Shown here: piece after piece, positions 9,246 through 20,800 of the stretch | How the letters are laid out: the number at the start of each line of letters is the position of its first letter | Numbering within the stretch: the first letter of the stretch is position 1 | From: Phycisphaerae bacterium | Lineage (GTDB): Bacteria; Planctomycetota; Phycisphaerae; UBA1845 | Length of the DNA: 64,000 nucleotides | Reading direction: 5' to 3' | Assembly: GCA_963666835.2 (NCBI GenBank) | Contig: CAXXGO010000001.1 | Span: 1,088,001-1,152,000 of the forward strand | Position numbers and translations under genes: made by a program | Notes under the pieces: generated by a model | Databases searched by the model: none | Told to the model about the DNA's origin: nothing | What the model saw: only the letters and a program-made list of their open reading frames with translations

Positions 9246-11168
9246 ATGACCAACCAATCTCCTCCGGCCGTCGGGAATGAGTTGTTCCTCCACAACATGC
9301 GGGCGCTTTGGCGTGAGGATCCGGCGCTGGCGCTGGCGGTGGACGCGGTTGCGGATGACGAACGGGTCGCATTGGAGCCGACCCGATCGGGAGCGTGGAC
9401 GGCGAAGATGATCACGCCGAGCGGATCTGCGGCCCACCTGCACAGTCGCTATGACCCGTGGGAAGAGGCTCGGCGCCTGATAGCCTCGGTTCCCACGGAG
9501 GACAAGTTCTGTTTCGTCGTTTCGGGTATGGGGCTGGGTTACCATGTTCGGCAGCTTTACGACAGTCTCCGCGGCGATGCGATCATTGTCTGCTTCGAGC
9601 CGTCGATTCCGCTGATTGCCTCTGCACTTACTTGCGTGGATCTATCGGAGGCAATTTCCGCCAAGCGACTGATCGTTCTGACCAGCGACGACAAGACCAG
9701 GCTGCACGAACGGCTCAAGCCCTACAATACACTGATCATGCTCGGTACACAGTTCGTGCAGCATCCGACGTCGCAGCGCGTGGCTGAAGGAGCCCACGCG
9801 GCCATGACCGCGGCGATGGCCGAGTTCGTTACTTTCACCCGGATGACCCTTGTGACAATGGTGGCGAATTCGAAGATCACGTGCAAGAACATCGCCATGA
9901 ACCTGGTCAACTACGTGACCACGCCCCCGATCGATCTGTTGCGCGGGCGGTTTGCGGGCGACCCGGCGGTGATTGTCTCGGCCGGCCCGTCATTGTCGCG
10001 CAATATCGACCAGCTTGCGGATCTCAAAGGGCGGGCGGTTCTCTGCGCGGTTCAGACCGCGGTGCAGCCGCTGATGCGGCGGGGGATTGTCCCGGACTTC
10101 GTGACGAGTCTCGATTTTCACGAGATGTCGCAGAAGTTCTTCGAGGGCGTTGACAGTCTGGCCGACACGCACCTGGTGGCCGAGCCGAAGGCGACGTGGG
10201 GGGTGGTGGACAAGTATCCGGGGCCGGTCTCGCTTCTGGCGAACGATTGGGCCGGTTTGGTGATTGGTAACGAGTTGGCCAGGCGCGACGGGCTTCCGCC
10301 GGGCGCTACTGTCGCCCACTTGGCATTCTACTTGGCGGTGTATATGGGGTGCGATCCCGTTGTCTTCGTCGGGCAGGATCTGGCTTTCACCGGGCATGCG
10401 TTTTACGTGCCCGGAGTCGAGATCCATCAGACCTGGCGGAGCGAGTTGAACCGGTTCGTTTCGATGGAACAGAAGGAATGGGACCGGATCGTGCGCAACC
10501 GGCCGATTCTGCGCAAGGTGCAGGGTATCGACGGAGGCGAGCTGTTCACGGATGAGCTGCTGTTCACTTACCTGGAACAGTTTGAGAAGGACATTGCGGA
10601 TGTGCCGTGCCGCGTGATTGACGCTACGGAGGGCGGAGCCCGTATTCGGGGCACTCAGCCGATGCCGTTGCGCGAGGTAGCCGCCCGGTTCTGCAGGGAG
10701 CAAATCGACCCCGCTCGCCTGGCGTATCGGCAAACGACGAAATGGCGTGACTCGGCGCGGTTGGCTGCCACCCGCGCCCAACTGGAACGGCGAATAGCCG
10801 AGTTGGACGATGTTATCGCGCTGTGCAACGAGTTGCTCGAGCTGTTCAAGGAACTCTCGAAACTCACCGACGACCCGCCGCGCTTCAATCAACGTTTGGT
10901 ACGGGTAGATGAGCTTCGAACCAAGGTCCAACAGGAATCTCGGGCGTATCGGATAGTCGCCTCGGCAACCCAGCTCGCGGAGCTGCGACGCTACTCGGCC
11001 GATCGGCGCATCGAGGCGGCGGACAAGGCGGATGATGCAAAGCGCGCCCAACGTCAGATTGAACGCGATACCGAGTTCATCACCGGCGTACGAGACGGAG
11101 CGGTCGACACCAAACCGGTGCTGACCGCGGCGCTGCAGAGGGTTGTCACGGCGGAGGAGGCGGAATGA
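9246..11168 (+). CDS. Motility-associated-factor (Maf / DUF115) family glycosyltransferase
   Basis: LHSRYDP, GMGLGYH, AVIVSAGPSL, GIVPDFV, GATVAHLA, MGCDPVVFVGQDLA, DATEGGA. Confidence 0.85.
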   Translation: MTNQSPPAVGNELFLHNMRALWREDPALALAVDAVADDERVALEPTRSGAWTAKMITPSGSAAHLHSRYDPWEEARRLIASVPTEDKFCFVVSGMGLGYHVRQLYDSLRGDAIIVCFEPSIPLIASALTCVDLSEAISAKRLIVLTSDDKTRLHERLKPYNTLIMLGTQFVQHPTSQRVAEGAHAAMTAAMAEFVTFTRMTLVTMVANSKITCKNIAMNLVNYVTTPPIDLLRGRFAGDPAVIVSAGPSLSRNIDQLADLKGRAVLCAVQTAVQPLMRRGIVPDFVTSLDFHEMSQKFFEGVDSLADTHLVAEPKATWGVVDKYPGPVSLLANDWAGLVIGNELARRDGLPPGATVAHLAFYLAVYMGCDPVVFVGQDLAFTGHAFYVPGVEIHQTWRSELNRFVSMEQKEWDRIVRNRPILRKVQGIDGGELFTDELLFTYLEQFEKDIADVPCRVIDATEGGARIRGTQPMPLREVAARFCREQIDPARLAYRQTTKWRDSARLAATRAQLERRIAELDDVIALCNELLELFKELSKLTDDPPRFNQRLVRVDELRTKVQQESRAYRIVASATQLAELRRYSADRRIEAADKADDAKRAQRQIERDTEFITGVRDGAVDTKPVLTAALQRVVTAEEAE

Positions 11169-12823
11169 GCATCATTGCCGTAATCCAGGCCGATCTCGAA
11201 ACAACCCCCATCGGCACCCGCAGCCGACTGGCCGAGGAGGTGGGGGGAGTACCCATCCTACGCCGAACCGTTGAGCGTGCCGCGGCCGTCAGCCACCTCG
11301 ACGATGTGTGCGTGCTCTGCCCGACAGACCAAGCCGACCGCTGCGCGGCGTTGATTGCCGGGACCGGGGCAAGTGTGCGGACGCACTCGGCGCCGCCGGC
11401 CCCGTGGGCCGCACTCGTGCAGACCGCGCGGAAGTGGTCGCTCGATGGCTGGCGCGGCGGGATAGGGGGCACGACCAGCTTCGACGAATTCACCGACTCC
11501 CGCCTGATCGCAGGGGTGTTCCGGGAGTGTGCGGCAGACGAAGTCCTGAGCGTACCACCGGCCGCCCCGCTCTTCGATCCCGAACTCGCCGCGCGGATGA
11601 TTGAGCACAAACACACGACGGACGAAGAAGTCCGGATGGTGTTCTCTCAGGCTCCGCCCGGGCTGGCCGGGGTCGTGCTCGACGCCGCACTGGTGCATGA
11701 GCTGGCCGGAAAGAACAGCCCGATCGGCTGGACCTTCAGCTACCAGCCGGACGACGCCCGCAAGGACCTGATCTTCCAGCCTTGTTGCTACGAGGTCCCG
11801 CGAGAGCTTAGGCATGCCACTGGCCGATTAATTGCCGACACCGACCGCTCCGTCGAGACGATCGCGGCTCTGCTGAGGGATAAGGAGTCGCCCGACTCCG
11901 CGGCGATCGGCAAGTGGCTTATGCGGCGCATGGGTACCCATGTCGAAACCCATCCGCGCGAGGTCGAGATCGAGTTGACTACGGAGGATCCCTTCCCCGA
12001 CGCTTTGCTTCGCCCGCGCGGCCAGCGGGTGGGGCAGCGCGGTCCGATCGATCCGGCGCTGGTCACCAAAGTCGTGGCCGAGGTCAGCGCTTTCGACGAC
12101 GCACTTGTCGTGCTGGCCGGTTTCGGCGACCCGTTCCGGCATCCGGAGTTCCGCCCCATTCTGCAGGCTCTCGCCGCGAGCCGCGCTGCCGGGCGAGGAC
12201 CGTACGGCTTAGCCGTGCGCACGGCCGGCGTCGACCTTGACGAGAGTATGAGCCGTACACTTGTCGAATGCGGAGTGGATGTACTGCAGGTTCCTATGGA
12301 CGCCTGGACGGCGGAGTTATACGGCCGCTTGCAGTCACCGCACAATCCGGCCGTGGCAAGTTTGGAGCTGGTGCGGTCTAATCTCGATGCGCTTGGCCGA
12401 GTCCGCCAAGAGCGCGGCAGCGTTCGGCCGATCGTCTTGCCGGAGTTTACCAAAGCTCGCGAGAACGTTCATGAGATGGACAGCTTCTACGACGGTTGGA
12501 TCCGGCAGCACGGGGCCGCGGTGATAAGCGGCAGTTGCCACTTCGCCGGGCAGGTGGAGGACCACAGCGTCATTACGATGACGCCCCCGACGCGCGGGGC
12601 GTGTGGGCGCCTCGGTGCTCGTTGTCTGATCCTGGCAGACGGAAACGTAGCCATGTGCGATCAAGACCTTCGCGGTCAGCATACCGTGGGGGACTTGACC
12701 GAGCGGGACTTGGCTGCGATCTGGCACGGCGCGGAACTTGGCCGAATCCGGCAAGCTCACTGTTCGGGCCGTTTTGCCCCTACGCCACTATGCCCGGCTT
12801 GCGCGGAATGGCATCGCCCGTAG
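11165..12823 (+). CDS. SpsF-like NTP-transferase fold + degenerate radical-SAM barrel + SPASM/Twitch domain
   Basis: N-terminus IIAVIQA...GGVPILRRTVER; mid-protein EIELT...GFGDP lacking CxxxCxxC; C-terminal C...DGNVAMC..D...IWHG...CPAC. ATGA overlap with the Maf gene. Confidence 0.7.
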   Translation: MSIIAVIQADLETTPIGTRSRLAEEVGGVPILRRTVERAAAVSHLDDVCVLCPTDQADRCAALIAGTGASVRTHSAPPAPWAALVQTARKWSLDGWRGGIGGTTSFDEFTDSRLIAGVFRECAADEVLSVPPAAPLFDPELAARMIEHKHTTDEEVRMVFSQAPPGLAGVVLDAALVHELAGKNSPIGWTFSYQPDDARKDLIFQPCCYEVPRELRHATGRLIADTDRSVETIAALLRDKESPDSAAIGKWLMRRMGTHVETHPREVEIELTTEDPFPDALLRPRGQRVGQRGPIDPALVTKVVAEVSAFDDALVVLAGFGDPFRHPEFRPILQALAASRAAGRGPYGLAVRTAGVDLDESMSRTLVECGVDVLQVPMDAWTAELYGRLQSPHNPAVASLELVRSNLDALGRVRQERGSVRPIVLPEFTKARENVHEMDSFYDGWIRQHGAAVISGSCHFAGQVEDHSVITMTPPTRGACGRLGARCLILADGNVAMCDQDLRGQHTVGDLTERDLAAIWHGAELGRIRQAHCSGRFAPTPLCPACAEWHRP

Positions 12824-12946
12824 GGTCCCCCCGCGTGAAAAGTGCTAAGGTCCCCGATGGTTGGCATCGAACTTGCTCGCCGTACCGGCAGGCTTGCTTG
12901 GCGCCCGCCCAGCCCCTACCTTACGTGTTTTAGTGGGGAGACCACG

Positions 12947-13939
12947 ATGGCTCACCGGTTCATTAACGAACTTCAAGCCGGACAGATGCTCGAGGACGAG
13001 GTGTTTCTGATCCGATCAAAGGATCTCCGCACCACGACTCAGGGTAAGCTGTACATCCACGCCATTCTGGTCGACCGCACAGGGGAGCTGGTCACGCGGA
13101 TGTGGCAGGCGACGGAGGCCGGGTTTCAGTCGATGCCTGAAGGCGGTTTCCTGCGGTTCAAGGGCCGGGTCGAGAACTACAAAGGCAACCTGCAGTTTGT
13201 TATCGACGCGATGCGTCCGGCGGAGGAGGGCTCGTACGAGCTTGGGGACTTCGTGTCGGTCAGCAGTCGCGACCTGGGCGAGATGTGGACCCGGACCGTG
13301 GAGATCATGCGCGGTGTGAAGAACCCCGATCTGGCCGCCTTGATTGAGGAGTTCCTTGCCGATCAGGGCCTTATGGACCGGTTCCGCAAGGCTCCGGCGG
13401 CGGCGGTAATGCATCATGCGTTCATCGGGGGTTTGATGGAGCACACGCTGAACATCTTGGAGATGGCCCTCCGGGTGATTCCGCTTTATCCCCAAATCAG
13501 TCTCGATCTTGTTCTGACGGCCATCTTCCTTCACGACCTGGGCAAGTCGGCGGAGCTGGCTTGCGATACGACCATAACCTACACCGACAACGGGCAACTG
13601 ATCGGCCACCTCGTGTTGGCAACGATGTGGATAGAAAAGAAGGCCGATGCCGTAGGCGCAAAGACCGGGCGGCCTTTCCCCGAACAGCTTCGCTGGGTGT
13701 TGCAGCACATCGTGCTCAGCCACCACGGACAGTACGAATTCGGCAGCCCGAAGCTCCCGGCCGTGCCCGAGGCGGTCGCGGTACACTATCTCGATAACAT
13801 CGACGCCAAGTTGAACATGTTCCTTGGTGAGATCGACAAGGACCGCGATCCGGCGAGCCGTTGGACCAACTACCATCGTGCTTTGGAAACGAAGATATAC
13901 AAACCTGACGTAATGGGAACTCGCGGCGGCTGCTCGTAA
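12947..13939 (+). CDS. yhaM: 3'-5' exoribonuclease YhaM family (OB fold + HD domain)
   Basis: N-terminal OB fold; PAAAVMHHAFIGGLMEHT, LHDLGK, GHL, SHHG..EFGSP, LDNIDAK. Confidence 0.85.
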   Translation: MAHRFINELQAGQMLEDEVFLIRSKDLRTTTQGKLYIHAILVDRTGELVTRMWQATEAGFQSMPEGGFLRFKGRVENYKGNLQFVIDAMRPAEEGSYELGDFVSVSSRDLGEMWTRTVEIMRGVKNPDLAALIEEFLADQGLMDRFRKAPAAAVMHHAFIGGLMEHTLNILEMALRVIPLYPQISLDLVLTAIFLHDLGKSAELACDTTITYTDNGQLIGHLVLATMWIEKKADAVGAKTGRPFPEQLRWVLQHIVLSHHGQYEFGSPKLPAVPEAVAVHYLDNIDAKLNMFLGEIDKDRDPASRWTNYHRALETKIYKPDVMGTRGGCS

Positions 13940-13972
13940 GGTAGACGCCCCATTGGATAATCGACGGACAAC

Positions 13973-15310
13973 ATGAGATACACGCAATTCACGCAAGAGC
14001 AGGTCAAGCGGATGCTGACCACTATCGGAGTCGACTCGATCGATGCGCTTTTCGAGACGATCCCCCAGCCGTTGCGGCTGGGGCGGCCGTTAGACCTTCC
14101 GCCCGGTATCGGGGAGTTGGAGCTGCTTCGCGAGGTTGACACGCTTGCCGCCGGTAACCGCACCTGCGCTGAACAGGTCTGTTTTCTGGGCGCCGGGGCG
14201 TACGACCACTTCATCCCCACGGTGGTCGATGCGATGGCCGGGCAGAGCGAATTTGTAACGGCCTACACGCCCTATCAGGCGGAGGCGTCGCAAGGGGTTC
14301 TACAGCTCTTCTACGAGTTTCAGACGATGGTCTGTATGCTGACCGGGATGGACGTGGCCAACGCCTCGCTTTACGAAGGGGCGACCGCCGCGGCCGAAGC
14401 GGTGATGATGGCTACGGCGATTACTCGCCGGGACAAGGCGGTCGTGGCGGACTCGATTCACCCGGATACTCTGCAGGTTCTCAAGACCTACGGGCAACAG
14501 CGCGGGTTCGAGGTCGTCACGGTTCCCAGCCCCGAAGGCGTGGTGGACGAAGACGCCCTGGCGAAGGCCGTGGATGACAACACTGCGGCAGTGCTGGTTC
14601 AGTCTCCGAACTTCTTCGGGTGCCTGGAGCGCATCGACCGGGTTATCGACAAGGCCCACGCCGGCAAGGCGTTGGCCGTAGTCTCGACCGATCCGCTGAC
14701 CGGTGGAATGTTCAAACCGCCGGGGCACTTCGGGGCGGACATCGTGGTAGGTGAGGGTCAGCCGCTTGGCATCCCGCTGCAGTATGGCGGGCCCTATCTG
14801 GGTTTGATGGCGACGCGCGAAAAGTACTTGCGCAAGATGCCCGGTCGCGTTGTGGGCCAGACCCGTGACACTAACGGTAAACGCGGCTATTGCCTGTCAC
14901 TGCAGGTGCGGGAACAGCACATCAAACGCGAGCGGGCTACCAGTAATATCTGTACAAACCAAGGGCTGCTCGCGATCCGGGCTTCCATCTACTTAGCTGC
15001 GATGGGGCGCAGCGGGGTGGCCCGGGTCGCCGCCCAGTGTTTCGACAACTCGCACTATACGGCCAAGGAAATCGCCGGGCTGGACGGATACGAGCTGCAG
15101 TTCGACGCTCCGTTCTTCAAGGAGTTTACGGTCCGCACAAAGCGCAACGTAAAGGACGTGCTAGCGTCCTGTCATGATAATGGCATCCTGGCCGGCGTGC
15201 CGCTGGTGCGGTTCGACGATCGATATAGTGACTGTTTCCTCGTAGCAACGACCGAGAAGCGAACCAAGGCGGAAATCGACAGCCTGGTGGCCGCATTGAA
15301 ATCAGCTTAA
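13973..15310 (+). CDS. gcvPA: Glycine dehydrogenase subunit 1
   Basis: FLGAGAYDH, TAYTPYQAEASQG, ANASLYEG, GGPYLG, REQHIKRERATSNICTNQ. Confidence 0.96.
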   Translation: MRYTQFTQEQVKRMLTTIGVDSIDALFETIPQPLRLGRPLDLPPGIGELELLREVDTLAAGNRTCAEQVCFLGAGAYDHFIPTVVDAMAGQSEFVTAYTPYQAEASQGVLQLFYEFQTMVCMLTGMDVANASLYEGATAAAEAVMMATAITRRDKAVVADSIHPDTLQVLKTYGQQRGFEVVTVPSPEGVVDEDALAKAVDDNTAAVLVQSPNFFGCLERIDRVIDKAHAGKALAVVSTDPLTGGMFKPPGHFGADIVVGEGQPLGIPLQYGGPYLGLMATREKYLRKMPGRVVGQTRDTNGKRGYCLSLQVREQHIKRERATSNICTNQGLLAIRASIYLAAMGRSGVARVAAQCFDNSHYTAKEIAGLDGYELQFDAPFFKEFTVRTKRNVKDVLASCHDNGILAGVPLVRFDDRYSDCFLVATTEKRTKAEIDSLVAALKSA

Positions 15311-15359
15311 TCCAGATCCCGCCGGTTTGCGGCCGGGAAAACGCAAGGACCACAACTTG

Positions 15360-16829
15360 ATGAACGCAGAACCTAAGACACGACAAGCCGACCACCCGCT
15401 GCTGTTCGAGCTCGGATCCGAAGGGCTGGATACGGCGTTTACTATCGCTACCGACGTGCCCGCGGCCAAGCCGGCGGATACGATCCCTGCGGAACTGCTG
15501 GCCGAGGAACTTCCGGGTCTTCCTCAGGTTGGTGAGGCGGACGTTGTACGCCATTACAAGCGTCTCGCCCATCGCTGCTTCAGCGTCGACGAGAACTTCT
15601 ATCCGCTGGGCAGTTGCACGATGAAGTACAACCCGCGGATCAACGAGCGCGTCTCCGCCATGCCGGCCTTCGCCAACCTGCATCCCTACCAGAATGATGC
15701 GGATGTGCAGGGGATGCTTGAGCTGTTGTACCGCCTGCGATGCGACTTGGCGGAGATCTCGGGTCTGGCCGAGGTCACCTTGCAGCCGGCGGCCGGCGCT
15801 CACGGCGAGATGACCGCGCTGATGGTGGTTGAGGCCTATCATCGCAGCCGCGGAGAACGGCGCATGAAGGTCCTCGCCCCCGACAGCGCTCACGGCACGA
15901 ACCCGGCGAGTTGCTCAACCTGCGGAGGGGAGTTCGTAACCGTCCGCTCCCGCGAGGACGGCCGGGTGGATCTGGCCGATCTGACCGCCAAGGTAGACGA
16001 AAACACCTCGGCTTTCATGATTACCAACCCGAATACTGTCGGAGTGTTTGAGACCCAGATTGCGGAAATCGCCGAAGTGGTCCATGCCAAGGGGGCTCAG
16101 CTATACATCGATGGGGCGAACCTGAACGCCATCCTCGGCGTTACCCGCCCGGGTGATTTCGGCGCCGACTGCATGCACTACAACACGCACAAGACGCTCA
16201 GTACTCCCCACGGCTGCGGCGGACCAGGAGCGGGGCCGGTCGGGGTCGCGGAACACCTTAGGGAGTTTCTGCCCGTGCCGCAGGTCGTCAAGCGCGACGA
16301 CGGCTCGTATGCCTGGGTGGATAATCGGCCCAAGAGCATCGGCAAGGTTCGCTCGTTCTACGGGCAGATCAACGTGCTCGTGCGGGCGTATGCCTATATT
16401 CGCAGCCTTGGGCACGACGGCTTGCGCGACGTTGCGGAGAAAGCGGTGCTGTCGGCGAACTACCTGGCCGCCCGGCTCAAGAACCGGTATACGATGCCCT
16501 TCCCACCGCCGTATGCCCACGAGTTCATTATGGTGCCCGAGTTCCCCGACAGCGGCGTGGACGAGATTCAGATTGCCAAGAGGCTGATCGACCACGGGAT
16601 CCATCCGCCGACGATGAGCTGGCCCATCCACCATTGCCTGATGATCGAGCCGACGGAGACGGAGTCGCCGCAAACGCTGGATCAGTTCGCCGAGGCCATG
16701 TTGGAAATTGCCGACGAGATCGAAAACGACCCGGAGACCGTCAAGACTGCTCCGCACACTACGTGCGTTCGGCGTTTGGATGAGGTGGCCGCGAGTCGCA
16801 AGCCGAACGTCCGCTGGCGTCCGGAGTAG
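15360..16829 (+). CDS. gcvPB: Glycine dehydrogenase subunit 2
   Basis: YPLGSCTMKYNP, LQPAAGAHGE, SAHGTNPAS, HKTLSTPHG (PLP Lys), MIEPTETES. Confidence 0.96.
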   Translation: MNAEPKTRQADHPLLFELGSEGLDTAFTIATDVPAAKPADTIPAELLAEELPGLPQVGEADVVRHYKRLAHRCFSVDENFYPLGSCTMKYNPRINERVSAMPAFANLHPYQNDADVQGMLELLYRLRCDLAEISGLAEVTLQPAAGAHGEMTALMVVEAYHRSRGERRMKVLAPDSAHGTNPASCSTCGGEFVTVRSREDGRVDLADLTAKVDENTSAFMITNPNTVGVFETQIAEIAEVVHAKGAQLYIDGANLNAILGVTRPGDFGADCMHYNTHKTLSTPHGCGGPGAGPVGVAEHLREFLPVPQVVKRDDGSYAWVDNRPKSIGKVRSFYGQINVLVRAYAYIRSLGHDGLRDVAEKAVLSANYLAARLKNRYTMPFPPPYAHEFIMVPEFPDSGVDEIQIAKRLIDHGIHPPTMSWPIHHCLMIEPTETESPQTLDQFAEAMLEIADEIENDPETVKTAPHTTCVRRLDEVAASRKPNVRWRPE

Positions 16830-16889
16830 GCGAGGCGCCGCCGTTTTCCATCCGCCGCCGCGGGTGGCAAAGGGCGACTCGAGAACACC

Positions 16890-17642
16890 GTGGCTGATTC
16901 AGCGCTAATCCGCGTTCTGCAAGACCCGCCGCTTGACGGTCCGACGAACATGGCCCGGGACGAGGCGTTGCTGCTGCGGGTCGAGGTGGGGGAGTCGAGC
17001 CCGACCCTTCGGCTGTACCAATGGGAACCGCCGACGATTTCGCTGGGGTACTTTCAGCGGTATGCCGACTATGAGGCCTTGCCCGCGCCGGCCGGGGAGT
17101 TGGCCGTAGTGCGGCGGCTGACCGGTGGGGGGGCGATCCTCCACGATCTTGAACTTACGTACTCGCTTGTGCTGCCGATTGGGCATTCCCTTCTGGCGGA
17201 CCACCCCAATCGCCTATACGAGATTGCCCACGACGCGGTCATCGCCGCGTTGGCGGGGCTCGATGTGAGTGTCGCCCGGTGCGGTGTGACCGATGATTCG
17301 GGCCCGACCCGTGGTCCGTTCTTCTGTTTCGAGCGGCGGCATTGCTATGACGTGCTGGCCGGTTCGGACAAGATCACCGGCAGCGCCCAACGCCGGACCC
17401 ACCGCGCCGTTCTCCAACACGGGTCGATTATCCTCGGCAACCGCTACGATCAACAAGCCACCGCCCGCGTGGCCGGGTCGTACGAGCAGAGCGTGAACCG
17501 CTTGCGCTCCACCTTTGTGGATCACCTTTCCGACCTGACCGACTGCGCCTTCCAAGCCGGAGATTGGACCCCGGAAGAACTAGCCGCCGCCGAGTCGCTA
17601 ACGCCGAAGTACGCCGGAGATGACTGGGTGAGACGGCGTTAG
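16890..17642 (+). CDS. Lipoate-protein ligase / octanoyltransferase (LplA/LipM family)
   Basis: NMARDEALL, LRLYQW, ISLGYFQ, RRLTGGGAILH, KITGSAQ, LQHGSI. Follows gcvP. Confidence 0.9.
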   Translation: MADSALIRVLQDPPLDGPTNMARDEALLLRVEVGESSPTLRLYQWEPPTISLGYFQRYADYEALPAPAGELAVVRRLTGGGAILHDLELTYSLVLPIGHSLLADHPNRLYEIAHDAVIAALAGLDVSVARCGVTDDSGPTRGPFFCFERRHCYDVLAGSDKITGSAQRRTHRAVLQHGSIILGNRYDQQATARVAGSYEQSVNRLRSTFVDHLSDLTDCAFQAGDWTPEELAAAESLTPKYAGDDWVRRR

Positions 17643-17874
17643 TAGGGGGAGAGCTTGGACGGCGAGTAGGGGGCATACCTCTAAAACACCCTCTCCCGGT
17701 CTTCGGAGGCGCCCTACAGTCTACTCAAGTCTACTCAACGACGGCACGCCCGCCGGTGTTCCCGGTGCCAGATTCGCAACCGTTGCGGCAATCGTGCAAC
17801 GGTCGACGAGGCATGGTGGACCGAACGATGCTATTGGGCTTCTCAGGGGCGGCAGCTTGTGACAGAATACACGT

Positions 17875-20800
17875 ATGCCTCTGCGTGGTGGATCTTCGGA
17901 CAAGGCTGGCAATCGCTACGAGGCGATATGGACCGTTGTCTGCATGTCGCGCGTGCTGGGCGGAGAGTACGACTCGATCCGTCTTGAGCCGCCCGGGCCA
18001 GAAGGCGAAGGCGTCGAGTTTTGGCTGCGCCGCGGTGATTCGCGTGAGTATCACCAAGTGAAGCGTCAGGGCGCCAGACGTGGGCACTGGACACTTGGGG
18101 AGCTGAGGGATAACGGTGTTCTGACTGCGTTTCGGAAGCACCTCGCCAACAATACAGCAACATGCGTATTCGTATCGTCGCAGGATGCATTCGGTCTGCG
18201 TAATCTGGCGGAACGCGCGCGAGATGCAGCTGACCACGAGGAATTCAAAGACGAATTCGCTCAAGGTGAGTGGAATGAACGCTTCTCTGAGCTTCTGGCA
18301 CACTGGCCCGGATGCTCAAGCGCCGAAGGATTCTCGCTTCTCAAGCGGATACACGTACACACTATCGACGAGGAAATGCTTCGGTTGCATGCGGAGCTAA
18401 GGCTAGAGTCAGTCGTCGAGGGGGACACATGCGCTGCCACCGACGTTCTTTTCGTGCATGCGCTTGACTCCGTCCACAAGGAGCTTGATAGAGGGTGGAT
18501 TCTCAACCACTTGCAATGCCGCGGCTTCACTCAGCCGATCTGGGCGGCTCCAAAGGCGCTTTCCGAAGTCGTCGAGAAAGCGAATGAGCGATTCCTTGTG
18601 CGCCTCCGTGACGAGCTCATTCGAGGCGAGCTAATACAGCGCGGAGAGAGTGAGTGTGTGCTCGCAGCGCTTCAAGAGGGCTCCACAAAACGCGGTGCGA
18701 TCGTCACAGGCGGTGCCGGATCCGGTAAGAGCACTGTGTTGCTTCAAGTAATCGAGAGCCTTGAACAACAGAACATCCCTACGCTTGCGTTTCGCATCGA
18801 TAACCTCACCCCGACGCAGTCCCCAAACGAAGCGGGGCGCCAGATTGAACTGCCAAAATCCCCGGTAGCGACACTGGCCGCGATGGCCAATGGCAGACCT
18901 TGTGTTCTTATTCTGGATCAACTTGACGCGGTCAGCCTTATCTCCGGCCGGAATCCGACATTCTTCGAGTGCTTTGACGAGATGGTTCGTCAGGCACTCA
19001 TGCTGCCCGCGATGCGCCTGGTGATTGCGTGCCGCCGTTTCGACTTTGAGAATGATCACCGTCTGCGCCGCCTCGGAGGCCATGGCGATGTGTTCGAAAA
19101 CGTGGAGGTCGGGACGCTTTCGGGCGAGACGGTTCGGCACACCGTGAATGCACTCGGTATCGATCCTTCGCGAATCGGCGACAAACAGGTCGAGCTGCTG
19201 TCGGTACCCGCCCATCTGAAGCTCCTTTGCGAAGTCGCCCCGGGGAAAGGTGCGATCCTGGATTTCGATACCGCTAACGAGCTGTACGGCCTGTACTGGG
19301 AGCGCAAGGACCGGCTGCTCCGCGCAAAGCTCGGGTCGACGGTCACGTGGTTGCCAGTCATCGATCGGTTGTGCGAATACATGAGCAACAGACAAGCGCT
19401 GTCCGCACCAGCGATCAATCTCGATGATGTGGCCGCGATCCGCGACGCTCTCTTGTCGGAGCATGTGCTTGTACAAGACGGGGCGCGGGTCAATTTCTTC
19501 CACGAGGGGTTCTTCGACTACGCCTTTGCCCGCCGGTTCGCAGCCACCGACGGCGATCTGATGGGGCTGCTCCGCTCTGACGAGCAGCACCTCTTCCGCC
19601 GTGCCCAGGTTCGTCAGATCCTGCTTCACCAGCGTGAGATCGACCGGCCACTCTACGCTAAGAACGTTAACACCCTCCTGACCTCTGCGGATATCCGGTT
19701 CCACATCAAGCAACTCGTATTCGCCCTGCTTGCACAGTTCACTGACCCGACCGAAGCGGAATGGCGGATCCTGGAGGAGTTGCTTCGAGACTCAGACTAC
19801 TCGAATCGCGATCAGATCTGGTTTGCGACGCGGACGCTTCCGTGGTTCAGACTTCTGGACTCGCTTCATGTCGTCGAGAATTGGCTCAAGCAGAACGATT
19901 CCGACAGGGTCGACCGAGCTGTAACGTTGTTACACGGCGTCCAGCGCGACGCTGCCGATCGAGTTGCGGAGTTGGTCGAACCGTACGTCGGAACTTCGCC
20001 CGAATGGCGCAACCGGTATCGTTACCTCGTTCAGTGGGCGGATCTCCAGGCTGGACGCCGGTTCTTCGAACTGTTCCTGCGACTCCTCGACTACGGTGAT
20101 CTGGATGGCATAGGGGGGGCTCGCGAGGGAGATCTTCTGAGTATCCTGTACGAACTCTCCAAAAGTCGCGCGGACTGGGCCTGCGAGGCAATTGGGCATT
20201 ATCTGGCGCGATGCATGAGGGTGTCTCTAGACTCCGGTGAGACGAATCCGTTTAAAGCAAAGGGCGGGTCGCGCTACAGTCACTCGTCGGACCGCGTCCT
20301 GATCGGTTCGGCCGAGCGAGCGCCCAGCGCGTTTATCGAGCACGTTCTCCCATTCGTGCTTCGCGTGATCGAACTGAATGCCAGCCAAGAAGGCGAGAAA
20401 CCGTGGGAGGACACCGTCTGGCGTTGGCGGTTCCAGGACTGGGGCCACGGCATCGATGATCACCTGCTTCGTGCCACCGATGAAGCGCTGAGCAAGTTAG
20501 CACGCGAAGCTCCTAACTCCTTCGAGCGCATCGCGCGCCCGCTGCGGAAGTCTGAATACGAAACCGTGCAGTTCTTGCTCATGCGGGCTTACGCTGCGAC
20601 CGGGGAGAGGTTTGCCGACGAAGCGATCGATTACCTATGCGAGCACGCGCGACGTCTGCGCTGCGGATACTTTGACGCGGGCCTCTCACATCGTGCTTCC
20701 CGTGATCTCATCCAGGCCGCGACGCCGCACTGCTCGACTGAACGGCTCGCAAACCTGGAGGCGATCCTCCTTGGGTACTACACCAACGGGGAGCAGACTG

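Noticed and set aside
9246..12823. SPASM protein as a RiPP maturase
   Set aside because: It lacks the radical SAM Cys triad, has no adjacent precursor peptide, and its context points to glycosylation.
17640..17740. Short direct repeats (AGTAGGGGG twice, AGTCTACTCA twice) upstream of the STAND gene
   Set aside because: Too short to assign as att sites or operators; no matching copy seen at the other side of the gene.
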